Shown here piece by piece: positions 30,249-39,502 of a stretch of 64,000 nt of DNA. The notes beneath the pieces were generated by a model. That model was given only the letters and a program-made list of their open reading frames with translations. It searched no databases and had not been told where the DNA came from. Each line of letters begins with the position of its first letter. Position 1 is the first letter of the stretch. The stretch comes from Candidatus Latescibacterota bacterium. GTDB taxonomy: Bacteria; Latescibacterota; UBA2968; UBA8231. A program made the position numbers and the translations under genes. The stretch is taken from assembly GCA_965248265.1 (NCBI GenBank), contig CBDFJF010000002.1, positions 2,624,001 to 2,688,000 on the forward strand, given 5' to 3'.

Positions 30249-32666
30249 TCAAACGCTATGGGATAATCTCAATATGTCTGCTTCAATGTCTTGAGGCCAC
30301 TCCAGGCCGCGACCAAAGGACAGGTAGCGGGCAGCGTTCACCATTCCCCGAACCCATGCCCTCGGTTTCCTGTTTGACGTCAGCAGCAGCCGTAGGTCAC
30401 CTAGTGCACTACAGCAAAATAACAGCGGATCGTCAGAGCACACCGCAACATCTACGTTGCTATCCATCAGAGAGATTACGGGGTGGCCAGCGAAGGGGGT
30501 TCCCAGGATTGCGTGATTGGAGGATGGACAGCATTCGACTGCCACGCCCAAATTCGATAAGTATTCCTTCATGTAGATTTGCAATGGCTCAACGACGGCC
30601 CGTATATCTGTGGGGTACGCTGTGACTCCGACGCGACCCCATCCAGTCCTCGACGTGATCATGGCTTTCGCCGAACTCTCGACATCGTCCCATTTTGACC
30701 TCGCTCTCACTTCCTGGTTTTGTAGGGCCTTTTGAAAGGCGGGACAAAATTTCCTCTCGTACGCTCTGGCAAGAGTCAACGGGTCTCGCCCCATTTCTCT
30801 TAGGTTGCCTTCGCTTTCGTCGATCACGTCGGCCGCAACGTTTTTCAATCGCTCTGTGACTGCCGCAGCAAACCCAGGACCAGGGACGGTTAACTTCGGC
30901 TCACAGCTACTCTGTAGGAGCTGGTACAGCCAGCACAGATCGTCCAGGATGATCTCCTTTGGTACAATCCAAGCGTGCTGTGGGGGGTGCCAAGACAGTG
31001 CGACTCCGTGCCCGATTCTGATTTTGTCCAGGTTGCGCTGCTTACATCGAGCGAGCAGCTCAACAAACTCCCAAATCCGCCTCATACCATCGATCGGAGT
31101 GCAAACATCTTCGCCTGCATGAAAGGTCATGCCAATGTCCAGCCCCTCATACCGCTGCATTGGCTGACTAAAGACCCAGCTCGGCAGCAGTCGCTCGTCT
31201 CCGGCTACGTCTACACCAAGTATTAGGCCGTGCGCTCTGGGAATCGCACTGAATGCTCGCACGACAGTCTCAGCTTCTTTATTGTAGTCTGAGATCAAGG
31301 CTTCGTATCGTAGGAAGCCTTCAGCGCCATCCGAATCCCTCTTGATGTGATGTACGACCAAACCTATCTCGATTCCACTCTCTCTCCGAAGACGATCTGC
31401 AGCGCGTAAGATGGGCGCTATTTTCTCTCGAACCCAGGAATCAGTACCGTCTGCCCATGGAGGGCTGATACGACCCTCTAACAGAGTCAATCGACCACTC
31501 TTACAGGTGGATGCCAGGGCGTCATACACATTCCTATCACGCTCGTCATCCTCGAATTGTGTGGTGCCAGCTCCTGGCTCCAGTAAATCTAGTCGGCGGA
31601 AACGCTCCACGAAACCTTTTAGGCCGCGGTCGGGCTCCAGGTAGCAGAAGTGTTGGTGTACCAGATTGCGTATTCGCGCGTACCGAAGTGCACACTGCCT
31701 CAGAAGGCTCTGGGGTGGGAGGCCCTTTACTTTCCCAAGCAAGTCATAGAGCATCTGAGCCTCAGATTTCGACGTCGCTGTTCTGATTGTATCGGCCGCC
31801 ACGAGATCTCCCTGATTGTACTCTATCTGCAAGGCCAATCGAAGCAACGGCGGGCCTTCTTGCGGATTGAATTGCGTATCATGGGTATCTCTGCTATAGT
31901 CCGGTGTCTCCCAAACCGGGGATGGGAGGACAGACAACACTAGGTCGCTAACGGGTTGACGAAACATGGGCATGTGCACGCCCCGTAGGCGGTCCACGTA
32001 CGTGTCGAAATCCTCCTCACGAGCCCGCTCTCTATAGGATCTGAACAGCCAGTGGAAGGCCCACCCCCAAAGCCACATCAGCAAGCACTTCTCGGTTAGG
32101 CCATTCTCTGCCAATTCCGCCGCAGTAAGCTCGGAGACCTTCCACGGCAATGAGCGAGTGAGCCTGACCCACGGTAAGCCCGCAGCAAGCGCTGCGGTCA
32201 CGTGAACGTGAAGATCGACACAGGTATCCGCCATATCACTACTAGACCACGGTGCACCGTCCTCGATGAGTTCAAGGGCCACATCCGGAGCAACGTCGTG
32301 CTCAACACAGACGATCACGACCAGCGCAGACGGATCTAGAAGTCGGCCAAGGTACGGAAGGTATTCCTCTACTCCAAGGTCACGATGACCAATATGCATG
32401 GGGCGCCAAACGGCTCGGGGTCGTCTAATGTCGATAGAAGCACTACCGAGGTCAGCGAGATGCTGGAGTGCGTCCTTCCCTGGATGCCACACTGGCTCCG
32501 TGAAGTACGCGTCCGGAACCCTCTGGCCAAGAGAGCCTTCGATGGGCCGTCTCACTCTGCCTGGCGCCGGCAATCGCCCACCTTCGATGGACTCTTCGGC
32601 CGAAGCGAAAGGCCAGATATAGATCGCGAGAGACGGATCAACCTGCCCCATGCTCGGAGTCATCAC
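30249..32666 (-). CDS. rdrB: adenosine deaminase-family protein, RADAR RdrB-like (805 aa)
   Basis: Complete amidohydrolase metal motifs DLHVH, GVDVAGDE, TFHAGED, RIGHG, VECCPSSN, CSDDP; far longer than housekeeping ADA; ATGA overlap with the upstream ATPase. Confidence 0.78.
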   Translation of the reverse strand: MMTPSMGQVDPSLAIYIWPFASAEESIEGGRLPAPGRVRRPIEGSLGQRVPDAYFTEPVWHPGKDALQHLADLGSASIDIRRPRAVWRPMHIGHRDLGVEEYLPYLGRLLDPSALVVIVCVEHDVAPDVALELIEDGAPWSSSDMADTCVDLHVHVTAALAAGLPWVRLTRSLPWKVSELTAAELAENGLTEKCLLMWLWGWAFHWLFRSYRERAREEDFDTYVDRLRGVHMPMFRQPVSDLVLSVLPSPVWETPDYSRDTHDTQFNPQEGPPLLRLALQIEYNQGDLVAADTIRTATSKSEAQMLYDLLGKVKGLPPQSLLRQCALRYARIRNLVHQHFCYLEPDRGLKGFVERFRRLDLLEPGAGTTQFEDDERDRNVYDALASTCKSGRLTLLEGRISPPWADGTDSWVREKIAPILRAADRLRRESGIEIGLVVHHIKRDSDGAEGFLRYEALISDYNKEAETVVRAFSAIPRAHGLILGVDVAGDERLLPSWVFSQPMQRYEGLDIGMTFHAGEDVCTPIDGMRRIWEFVELLARCKQRNLDKIRIGHGVALSWHPPQHAWIVPKEIILDDLCWLYQLLQSSCEPKLTVPGPGFAAAVTERLKNVAADVIDESEGNLREMGRDPLTLARAYERKFCPAFQKALQNQEVRARSKWDDVESSAKAMITSRTGWGRVGVTAYPTDIRAVVEPLQIYMKEYLSNLGVAVECCPSSNHAILGTPFAGHPVISLMDSNVDVAVCSDDPLLFCCSALGDLRLLLTSNRKPRAWVRGMVNAARYLSFGRGLEWPQDIEADILRLSHSV

Positions 32667-34999
32667 GGGTTTGTTCTACTCTCGCTGCTCGGTTTCTTAG
32701 GCATTTGCTGGCCGTGGACGAGTTCTGACAACTCCCTTTCCTTCACCGCAATGCTCTCAGGAACCAGGCCCACCTGTTCAAGGGCGTTTCGCAGCGCCAG
32801 CCACTGGGGGCTAGGATCTATCGTCTGCGAGTCTACCAGAATTTTTTGTAGGGCGAGGTGCTCCCCCTGGGCGATAAATCGTTGTACCAACTCCGGCCGC
32901 AATTCCTGAAGAGCTCCGGTTGCCCTCTTGCTTGCGGTAGAGTCCTGCCTCAATGTCACGAGTATGTCTCTGGCGGCGTGCGCCTTTTCCAGCCTCTCAT
33001 CAAAGTCGGTCTCTGGTTGAACCTCCGAGAAGAGCGCTCGTGTCAATCGAAGGATTCCTTCGACTGGCACTTCTGCCTTCTGGAAATGGGACGCTATCAT
33101 AGGCATGTTCGCCAGAAATCGCTCAATGTTGATCGCGCTCATTCGTGCTGCACCGTCGCGGTCTTGAAACTTCCGCGTGAAGTTGCGGATGCGCGGCACT
33201 GCCCACTCTTGCATCTCATCCCAAGCAGAATCCTCCCTGAAGTTCCGATACGTCGCGAGCCTCAGCGACAGCCGTTGTGCCAACAGAAGCGAGAAGACGA
33301 TCCTCAGATAGCAGTGCATCATCGCCGAAGCCACGTGACGCCAATGCAGTCGATCTGGCTGCGACAAAAAGCATTTATCAAATACGTGATTAACCACAGA
33401 GCTCACTAAGTCGTGCTGCCAGAACTCGTCGAACTCGACGGATGGCAGTGAGATCTCATCGATGCGGAAATTTACACCGTCCACACCGCCTGGCAGAGCA
33501 AGTTTCCCAGTTGGGTATGGAAGATCGGCAATTGTCTGAGAGACATCGTGAAGAAGAAGAACTGCCTGAGACGTCGACTGCTTCCATCTACTGTTGGCGA
33601 GCTGACGCATGCGAAGTAGCTCCCACGGGCCCATTTTCGTTATAGCGAAAGCTTTTCCAGGGGCTGCTGCCCCCCAGTCAAAGCTGATCTGCTCCTCCTC
33701 CCGGTCGATCATAGAAGCGATCTCCGAACTCGACGCGGCGTCAACGACGCACTGGTAATCAACGATGTCTTGAGCCAAGGAGAGGAACGAATGCACGTAA
33801 GACTTGGAACGTGCGTCCAGAGAAGAGCGCGAGCTGGAAGCCACAGTTTCTGATGCGAATGACTGCACCTGGCGCTGGAATATAAGACTCAAAGACCTCA
33901 AGTGCCGCGGATTCGCTGTGAACATGGATACATACGGCGAATGGGCTCGCATGCCTCTGAGCTCCCCCGTCAATGCCCAGCTCCAGTCGAAGTACCCCAA
34001 CAGAGTGGATGGCGTCAGGTACCCGGGCTGCCTTCGAATGGGAAACCTGTCGAGGATGACGCTCAGGCTGTCGGAACCCCTGTCGCTTCGAAAGGACAGG
34101 ATCTCATTACGCTCCCAGGGTTGCACGAAAATCCGCCCTTCGTAGGGTAGTAGCTTTACCATCTGCTCCACAGCCTCGTTCTGAGGAAGCACAGAATGCT
34201 CTTCGCTATCCTTGTTGTTGTCTATGCTAGTATTTTGCTCAGGCGCCGCGACCCCGGATGAGGCTGCATTGTCAGAAAGAATTGTGTTAAGGACCATTCT
34301 TTCGTCAGCGCTGACCAAAAACACGGTACGGGGATGACAGGAGAGCATCCACAAATCTCGAATGACATTCGCCGAGTCGTTAGGCCTTAGGTCGACATCA
34401 TCTACTGGAACCACGAGCAACGGGTTGCCACGCCGCTGTCCGAGTTCCAGGGACAAATCTAGCAGGCCGGAAGCCAATAGCTCCCAGCATTTTTGTGCGT
34501 CATAGCCTGCTGAATAGGTCTGTACCACTGTCGAAAGCTCTCGATTCTGGGTATACGGGCTCCCCTCTCGCTGGGGGGCGAGCTCGAGCAGACCGGCCAT
34601 GCGGCGGAGTCTCTCCCAGGTTGCTTCAAGTGTCGTTAATTCTGGTGTGCTTGGTTGTGTCTCTGTCCGTTCGGCCTCAAGCAGGAGGTTTCGGAGGGGC
34701 GACTCTATCGCTGCTAGTAGGATCGAGAGGGCAGAATCGCCTGGCCAGAAGACTTCTGGCTCAAGCACTTCGATCACGAGATCCTCTCCTCGCTCCTCGA
34801 GGGCCCGACGGACTCCGCGAAGGATGGTGGTCTTTCCTGACCCGCGATTACCTAGGAGAGAGATCAGATTAGGCATTGGCGCTTGAACCGATTTGCGCGA
34901 CGAGAGAACAGGCTTCTGGTAAGCCCTGTCTCGATTTTGATCAATCTGCGACACGATCGAACTCACGGCGTCCTGTTGCCGACCGCTCAGGCTGTTCAT
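32663..34999 (-). CDS. rdrA: P-loop (KAP/AAA+-like) ATPase, RADAR RdrA-like (778 aa)
   Basis: Walker A ISLLGNRGSGKTT, Walker B LVVPVDDVDL, NPRHLR sensor-like motif, helical C-terminal half; GAGGA RBS; translationally coupled to the deaminase. Confidence 0.75.
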   Translation of the reverse strand: MNSLSGRQQDAVSSIVSQIDQNRDRAYQKPVLSSRKSVQAPMPNLISLLGNRGSGKTTILRGVRRALEERGEDLVIEVLEPEVFWPGDSALSILLAAIESPLRNLLLEAERTETQPSTPELTTLEATWERLRRMAGLLELAPQREGSPYTQNRELSTVVQTYSAGYDAQKCWELLASGLLDLSLELGQRRGNPLLVVPVDDVDLRPNDSANVIRDLWMLSCHPRTVFLVSADERMVLNTILSDNAASSGVAAPEQNTSIDNNKDSEEHSVLPQNEAVEQMVKLLPYEGRIFVQPWERNEILSFRSDRGSDSLSVILDRFPIRRQPGYLTPSTLLGYFDWSWALTGELRGMRAHSPYVSMFTANPRHLRSLSLIFQRQVQSFASETVASSSRSSLDARSKSYVHSFLSLAQDIVDYQCVVDAASSSEIASMIDREEEQISFDWGAAAPGKAFAITKMGPWELLRMRQLANSRWKQSTSQAVLLLHDVSQTIADLPYPTGKLALPGGVDGVNFRIDEISLPSVEFDEFWQHDLVSSVVNHVFDKCFLSQPDRLHWRHVASAMMHCYLRIVFSLLLAQRLSLRLATYRNFREDSAWDEMQEWAVPRIRNFTRKFQDRDGAARMSAINIERFLANMPMIASHFQKAEVPVEGILRLTRALFSEVQPETDFDERLEKAHAARDILVTLRQDSTASKRATGALQELRPELVQRFIAQGEHLALQKILVDSQTIDPSPQWLALRNALEQVGLVPESIAVKERELSELVHGQQMPKKPSSESRTNP

Positions 35000-35100
35000 G
35001 TTCCTCTCCTCTTCATGTTCCTCTCCATTGGCTAGTGGAAACCCTTCACAAGAATCAGGTATCGTCTGGGGTGGGTCAAGAAATTCCTCCCCTCGCCATA

Positions 35101-35190
35101 CCCGGTAAGCCCCACTATACCCATCCCGCCCTTCACAAAAGCCTCAAGTTTTCATTCGACACCAAGCCTCAAGCGATCTTGACTATTTAT
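35101..35190 (+). repeat. 90-bp direct repeat, copy 1
   Basis: Matches 36344-36433 with 7 mismatches in 90 (manual count); core TCGACACCAAGCC..AAGCGATCTT also found at 49633 and partly at 55036. Confidence 0.9.
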
Positions 35191-35402
35191 CTCTTTAGGC
35201 GGAAAAGTGCAAGGTTTCTTTTCTGCAATTCGGAGGATTTCTTCAACTTGCAATAATCTCATTTCGGTCTTCAGTAGAGACCTTCATACTGTTCCGGCCA
35301 GAAGCCGAGCCAGAGGGACAGAGTGTAACGTGGGTGATCTTCCCGAAGGAGTCACGAATAAATAGCGGTCATCTCTGGCCCAGTTCCTCGTTGTTCGTCT
35401 TC
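35191..35402 (-). ncRNA. candidate bridge/seek RNA region in the 3' non-coding end of the second IS110 element
   Basis: Stem 35373-35381/35307-35315 closes a large internal loop and an inner TTCG-capped hairpin (35334-35355); one loop arm (CTATTTAT) equals the junction sequence at 35183-35190. Confidence 0.45.
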
Positions 35403-36215
35403 TCAGGCGGCCGCCCGTTCGTATGATGCGGCACAGGTGAAGTGGCGTTCGGCGTTAAATGCTTGTCCGGAGCGGTACCAACCGTGAAGTTTTCGCAGGA
35501 AGTGCCTCATGACGGCGGTCATGGCTTTCTGTCCGGGCATGGAAAGGCGTTTGCTTCGGTAGTAGTCGCCGTACAGACCCGTTCTACGCACCAGGGGAAA
35601 GATGACCTGGCTGGGAATCTTACGCAGGAGAGCCCTTCCCTTCTTGGAGATTCTGTATTGCTCTCGATACTGACCGGATTGACGCATCTGAATATTGAGA
35701 CCGGCGTAGCGCATGAGCATACGCCAGCTGGTGAAATCGCTGAGTGGTCCGGTTTCACCGATGAGGCGAGCCAAATTCTTGGCTGATGACGCCCGAGGTC
35801 GGAGCGGGTAGGCTCGGATCTTTCTGACGCAGACGCCGCAAGAGCGAAATCAAGCGCTTTTCCAAGATCGCCTTGCGTTGCTCGTAGAGCAGGAACTCCT
35901 CCCACAGCTGGCTGAGGTCGACCTCGAGGAGATCGATGTATTCGGGTGTGAGTTGATGACGGGCGGTGGAGGTTGCGTCCTCCCAGAGCCGGTCCAGCGA
36001 GCACTGCCGGATACGCGGCGCCCGCCGCCGCATGGCCCGCTCGAAGCGGGTACGGCCCGCACGGACGATGCGATAGGGATTGCATCGATACTTATCGATC
36101 AAGGCGCGACCCGAGGTGCTGTAGAGAAAGCTCTTGGTGAAGGAGAAGTCGCAAAACAGCTCCATCAGCACGCGATGCAGTCGGCCACGCACGTTTGGAT
36201 ACCGGTCGGCCAAAG
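35403..36215 (-). pseudogene. IS110-family recombinase, 5'-truncated and frameshifted
   Basis: C-terminal domain ARLIGETGPLSDF...RYAGLNIQMRQSG...ISKKGRALLRK...KAMTAVMRHFLR; coiled-coil region in the adjacent frame (35755-36351 ORF); DEDD N-terminus absent. Confidence 0.82.
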
Positions 36216-36343
36216 GCTGCTGAGATCTGCGGATAATCATGTTTTTCCGAAGGCCTTCCCAGCAATCCGAGTTCGAATACACGGCCTGATCGCAGCACCG
36301 CTTGATCCCACAGGATCGATGCGCCTGAATCGACCCTCGCCTG

Positions 36344-36433
36344 CCCGGCAAGCCCCAATATACGCATCCCGCCCCTCATAAAAGCCTCAAGTTTTCATTC
36401 GACACCAAGCCGCAAGCGATCTTGACTATCTAT
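36344..36433 (+). repeat. 90-bp direct repeat, copy 2
   Basis: See copy 1; the two copies bracket the second IS110 remnant. Confidence 0.9.
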
Positions 36434-37278
36434 ATGGCCGCTGATCAGGGTCACGCGCGCGGCCGCAAAGCGACCTCTGGTGGCTGGCATGAGGTCCCAC
36501 TCAATTCGTTAGATTGCGCGTAGCACGTGGGGGTAGCGCGTGCACGAGAGCCGATAATCAAAGACTGTCATGCGTACCCGCGCAAAGCCCTTCATCGTCC
36601 TCGTCGAACGCTTCTACCCCCGATCCGTTCGTCTTCGCCTCGTCCTGACGTTCGTCGCCGGGCTGATGGCGCTGGGGCTGACTGACCGGCGGAAGTCCTC
36701 GTTGCATGGGGTGAGGGACTCAAGGGGCTCCTTACCTTCATGACACAGATCGCATTGACTCTCGTCACTGCGCACGCACTGGCTCACACCGACACGATTC
36801 GTGCTGCACTTGCCTGCACTCAAGGCAGCGTGTCTAGTGCCCCAGCTTCTCGATCTCCCGCTGAATGAGGGTGGAGCCGGTAGCCAACGCCGAGTACGCC
36901 GCCGCTGCGCCTCAGCACGAATAAGCCGGACAGGCGGTTGCCCGGCCTCGGCGACGGAACGACCTTCTCTCCGACGCCCATCGACCGAGCAACCGCCGTC
37001 CACAGTGCACTCACGAGTAATCGTGAGAGACCCGCGCGGGTTCGGTCGTCTCAGACCACGGAGACGAGGATGCCGGATCGGAACCCACAGCCAACCGGTC
37101 GCTTCTGCGCTGGTGTTGGCCTCCGTCCGCCGAACAAGGCTGTGAGGGACTTAGCCACAAGCCATGGCGCCACGACCGGGCGTCTGCGAAGGGCACGATC
37201 CACCATCAACAGCCCCCATGTTTTTCGAAGTGAGCCGCTTCTCCTCGACGTCGCACGCCACACGGGTCCTGTCATCAG

Positions 37279-38307
37279 TTGGAAGGACATTCTTCTACGG
37301 TTTTGAAAACGTCCAGTTTTGAGAGCAGCGCTTTGGCTACGGAGGAGGAGGAGGAGGTACGCCGAATCCAGCAAGGTGACGAACGGGCATGGGCCGATTT
37401 TCTGGCGCGTCACTCGGATCTGATCTTCACCAAGGCGAGCCAGTACTGTCGCCTTTCGAAGGTCCTTGCCGGTGGCCTCGACTGGAGGGATGAGCGCGAT
37501 GAGCTTTACCTGTTCATGGCCCAGGCCCTGCGGCGGAGTCTGAATTCATTCCGCATGACCTGCCAACCGCGGACGTGGGTTTTCGCCGTACTTGGTAACC
37601 GCAAGCAAGTCGTGAAAGCCTATCTCCTGCACAAGGCCCCGGCCCGGGCGGACGTGCGCCTGCCCAAGATCATGGAGTCGAGGACGGCCCTGGAGAAGCA
37701 GATTTTCAGGCGGCTTATCTGGGGTATTGATCCTGCCCATATCGCCCTGGAACTGCAAACGGAAGAGGACCAGTGTGCCGAGGTGGAAGCGCTGCTCCGG
37801 CAGCACAGTCCGCGCGTCTACGAGCGCATGCTAGGCAACCGGGTGGCGTTGGAGCCGACGCTGAGCGTTGATGACGTTGACGAGCGCGGTGGAGGACTAC
37901 TCAAGTTTACCGCCGACGCGCCAAATCCGGAGGAACTGTTTGAGTCAAAGGCTGTGAAGCAGATCGTGCAGCAGTCGCTGGCCGATGCCCTCGACAAGCT
38001 CACCACTCCGGAACGCCGGGTGCTGGTCCTGCTCTACAGCCAGGGTATGAGCGCGGCTGACATCGTTGCCCTGGCCGCAAGTGATCCCACGCTTCTCGAA
38101 GGTGAGATCGGCAACGTCAATCAGTGCTACTACATCAAGGATCGCGCGCTCGAAAAGATCGCTGGTGTCATGACATGCGAGCTGGTCAGGGCCTTTGACG
38201 AGGAGTTGGTAACATCCCAGTCCAGACGGGTTTACCAGTGTATCGAGGCCCTTCTGAAAGAGCGCGGATTTCCCGCATCAAGGTTGGACAGGAGTTCGGG
38301 GAGATGA
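37279..38307 (+). CDS. atypical sigma-70 family RNA polymerase sigma factor
   Basis: Region 2-like GDERAWADFLARHSDLIF...RTWVFAV; VRLP plus a central HTH; LSVDD...PNPEE; region 4 ALDKLTTPERRVLVLLYSQGMSAADI. Start codon uncertain. Confidence 0.78.
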   Translation: MEGHSSTVLKTSSFESSALATEEEEEVRRIQQGDERAWADFLARHSDLIFTKASQYCRLSKVLAGGLDWRDERDELYLFMAQALRRSLNSFRMTCQPRTWVFAVLGNRKQVVKAYLLHKAPARADVRLPKIMESRTALEKQIFRRLIWGIDPAHIALELQTEEDQCAEVEALLRQHSPRVYERMLGNRVALEPTLSVDDVDERGGGLLKFTADAPNPEELFESKAVKQIVQQSLADALDKLTTPERRVLVLLYSQGMSAADIVALAASDPTLLEGEIGNVNQCYYIKDRALEKIAGVMTCELVRAFDEELVTSQSRRVYQCIEALLKERGFPASRLDRSSGR

Positions 38308-38391
38308 ACTATCATTCTACTGGCGCGACGTTTGTCGCTCCAAGAACAGTTAACGGTCAGGCTGAGGGCGTCGAAGGGAGTGTTCGAGTCG

Positions 38392-39288
38392 ATGGTTGAC
38401 GAAGCAAGACCCAACTCCACGGCCTGTCCCGATCTGGAGCAATGGAGCGCTTACGTGGAGGCTTCCGTTGAGGAGCGGATGGACAGTCCTCTGGGAGAGC
38501 ACCTGTCGCGCTGCGATCATTGCTTCTCCACGGTTGCGGCGCTTGAGCAGTCTCTTTCTTCCACTGACGAGGCAGAGCAGGAGGTCACGCCGCCGGATCT
38601 CCTGCGCCGAGCGGCCGCATCCGGGATGAGACCAGCGCGCAGACTCTACTGGTACGCGGCGGCGGCGTTGGCGGTGATCCTGCTCGGATCCTGGTACGCG
38701 AACAGACAGGAGCGTGATAACCTGATACCTGCAGGGGAACAACTGACAGAACAGCCGGTCACTGGCGATGGCGTGTTCGGATTCGCGGGAAAAGGGGAAG
38801 AGTCGGTCTCCGGGCAGCTTCACAGCCTGGTGGTCTTTGCCGGATTCGGTGAAGGAGAATCGAGTGCGCCTCCGGGTTGGGGGGAGCAGGAGTTGACAGG
38901 GGCCGCAACGGGTGTGTTGGGAACCGTGCTTCCCAGGCGTTACACGGTAGCCAGTACCGACTCGCTGGCGTCGTTCACCCTCGATATCCTCAGACAGGTC
39001 GATGGTGATGTCGATCTGCAGCGCTTTGACAAAGACGACGACAGCAACGTGGACTACGTGTTCCTTGTGTTGAGTCCGGAGGCGGCGTCGCTCCTTTCAC
39101 CAAATGAAGTGAGAGCGGGAATCGGCATCGGAGAGGACTTCCACTCAAGCGACCCGGCACGCAACGGCGGTACAGTTCGGATCCGGGCGGACGCGGCCTG
39201 GGGTTGCGTGGTGCGTGAGGGCACGATGGAGCAAACGGCGACAGCGATGGCGAAGGGATACCGGGCGAGCATGGATACTCGGCGTTGA
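38392..39288 (+). CDS. membrane-anchored anti-sigma factor (zf-HC2) with M6-metalloprotease-like extracytoplasmic domain
   Basis: CPD...HLSRCDHC zinc motif, TM helix WYAAAALAVILLGSW, then LVVFAGF...VLPRRY...ILRQVDGDVDLQRFDKDDDSNVDYVF; AAGGGAG RBS before ATG 38392. Confidence 0.72.
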   Translation: MVDEARPNSTACPDLEQWSAYVEASVEERMDSPLGEHLSRCDHCFSTVAALEQSLSSTDEAEQEVTPPDLLRRAAASGMRPARRLYWYAAAALAVILLGSWYANRQERDNLIPAGEQLTEQPVTGDGVFGFAGKGEESVSGQLHSLVVFAGFGEGESSAPPGWGEQELTGAATGVLGTVLPRRYTVASTDSLASFTLDILRQVDGDVDLQRFDKDDDSNVDYVFLVLSPEAASLLSPNEVRAGIGIGEDFHSSDPARNGGTVRIRADAAWGCVVREGTMEQTATAMAKGYRASMDTRR

Positions 39289-39502
39289 GCTCGCAGCGTT
39301 TGGCATCGCCATGGTCACCACGGCGACTCCGGTACCACTGGCGGGCAGAGCTTGCCCTTCGATGATTCCGCAATCGAACGCCGTCACCTTTAACGCAAGT
39401 TCATTCTGTCAACGCATTTCGACAAAGAGGGCTGGCCTCTAGAATGGGATTTAACGTAATTGGAGTTTCCGACCCAAACCTATACCAAGCCAGGCCCTGT
39501 TA

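Noticed and set aside
35101-36433. Repeat copies considered as a CRISPR array
   Set aside because: Only two long copies 1.2 kb apart, no regular spacers, no cas genes.
36570-37270. Short ORFs between the island and the sigma factor, including MRTRAKPF...SVRLRLVLTFVAGL
   Set aside because: At most a decayed N-terminal fragment of a membrane sensor; too short and motif-poor to call.
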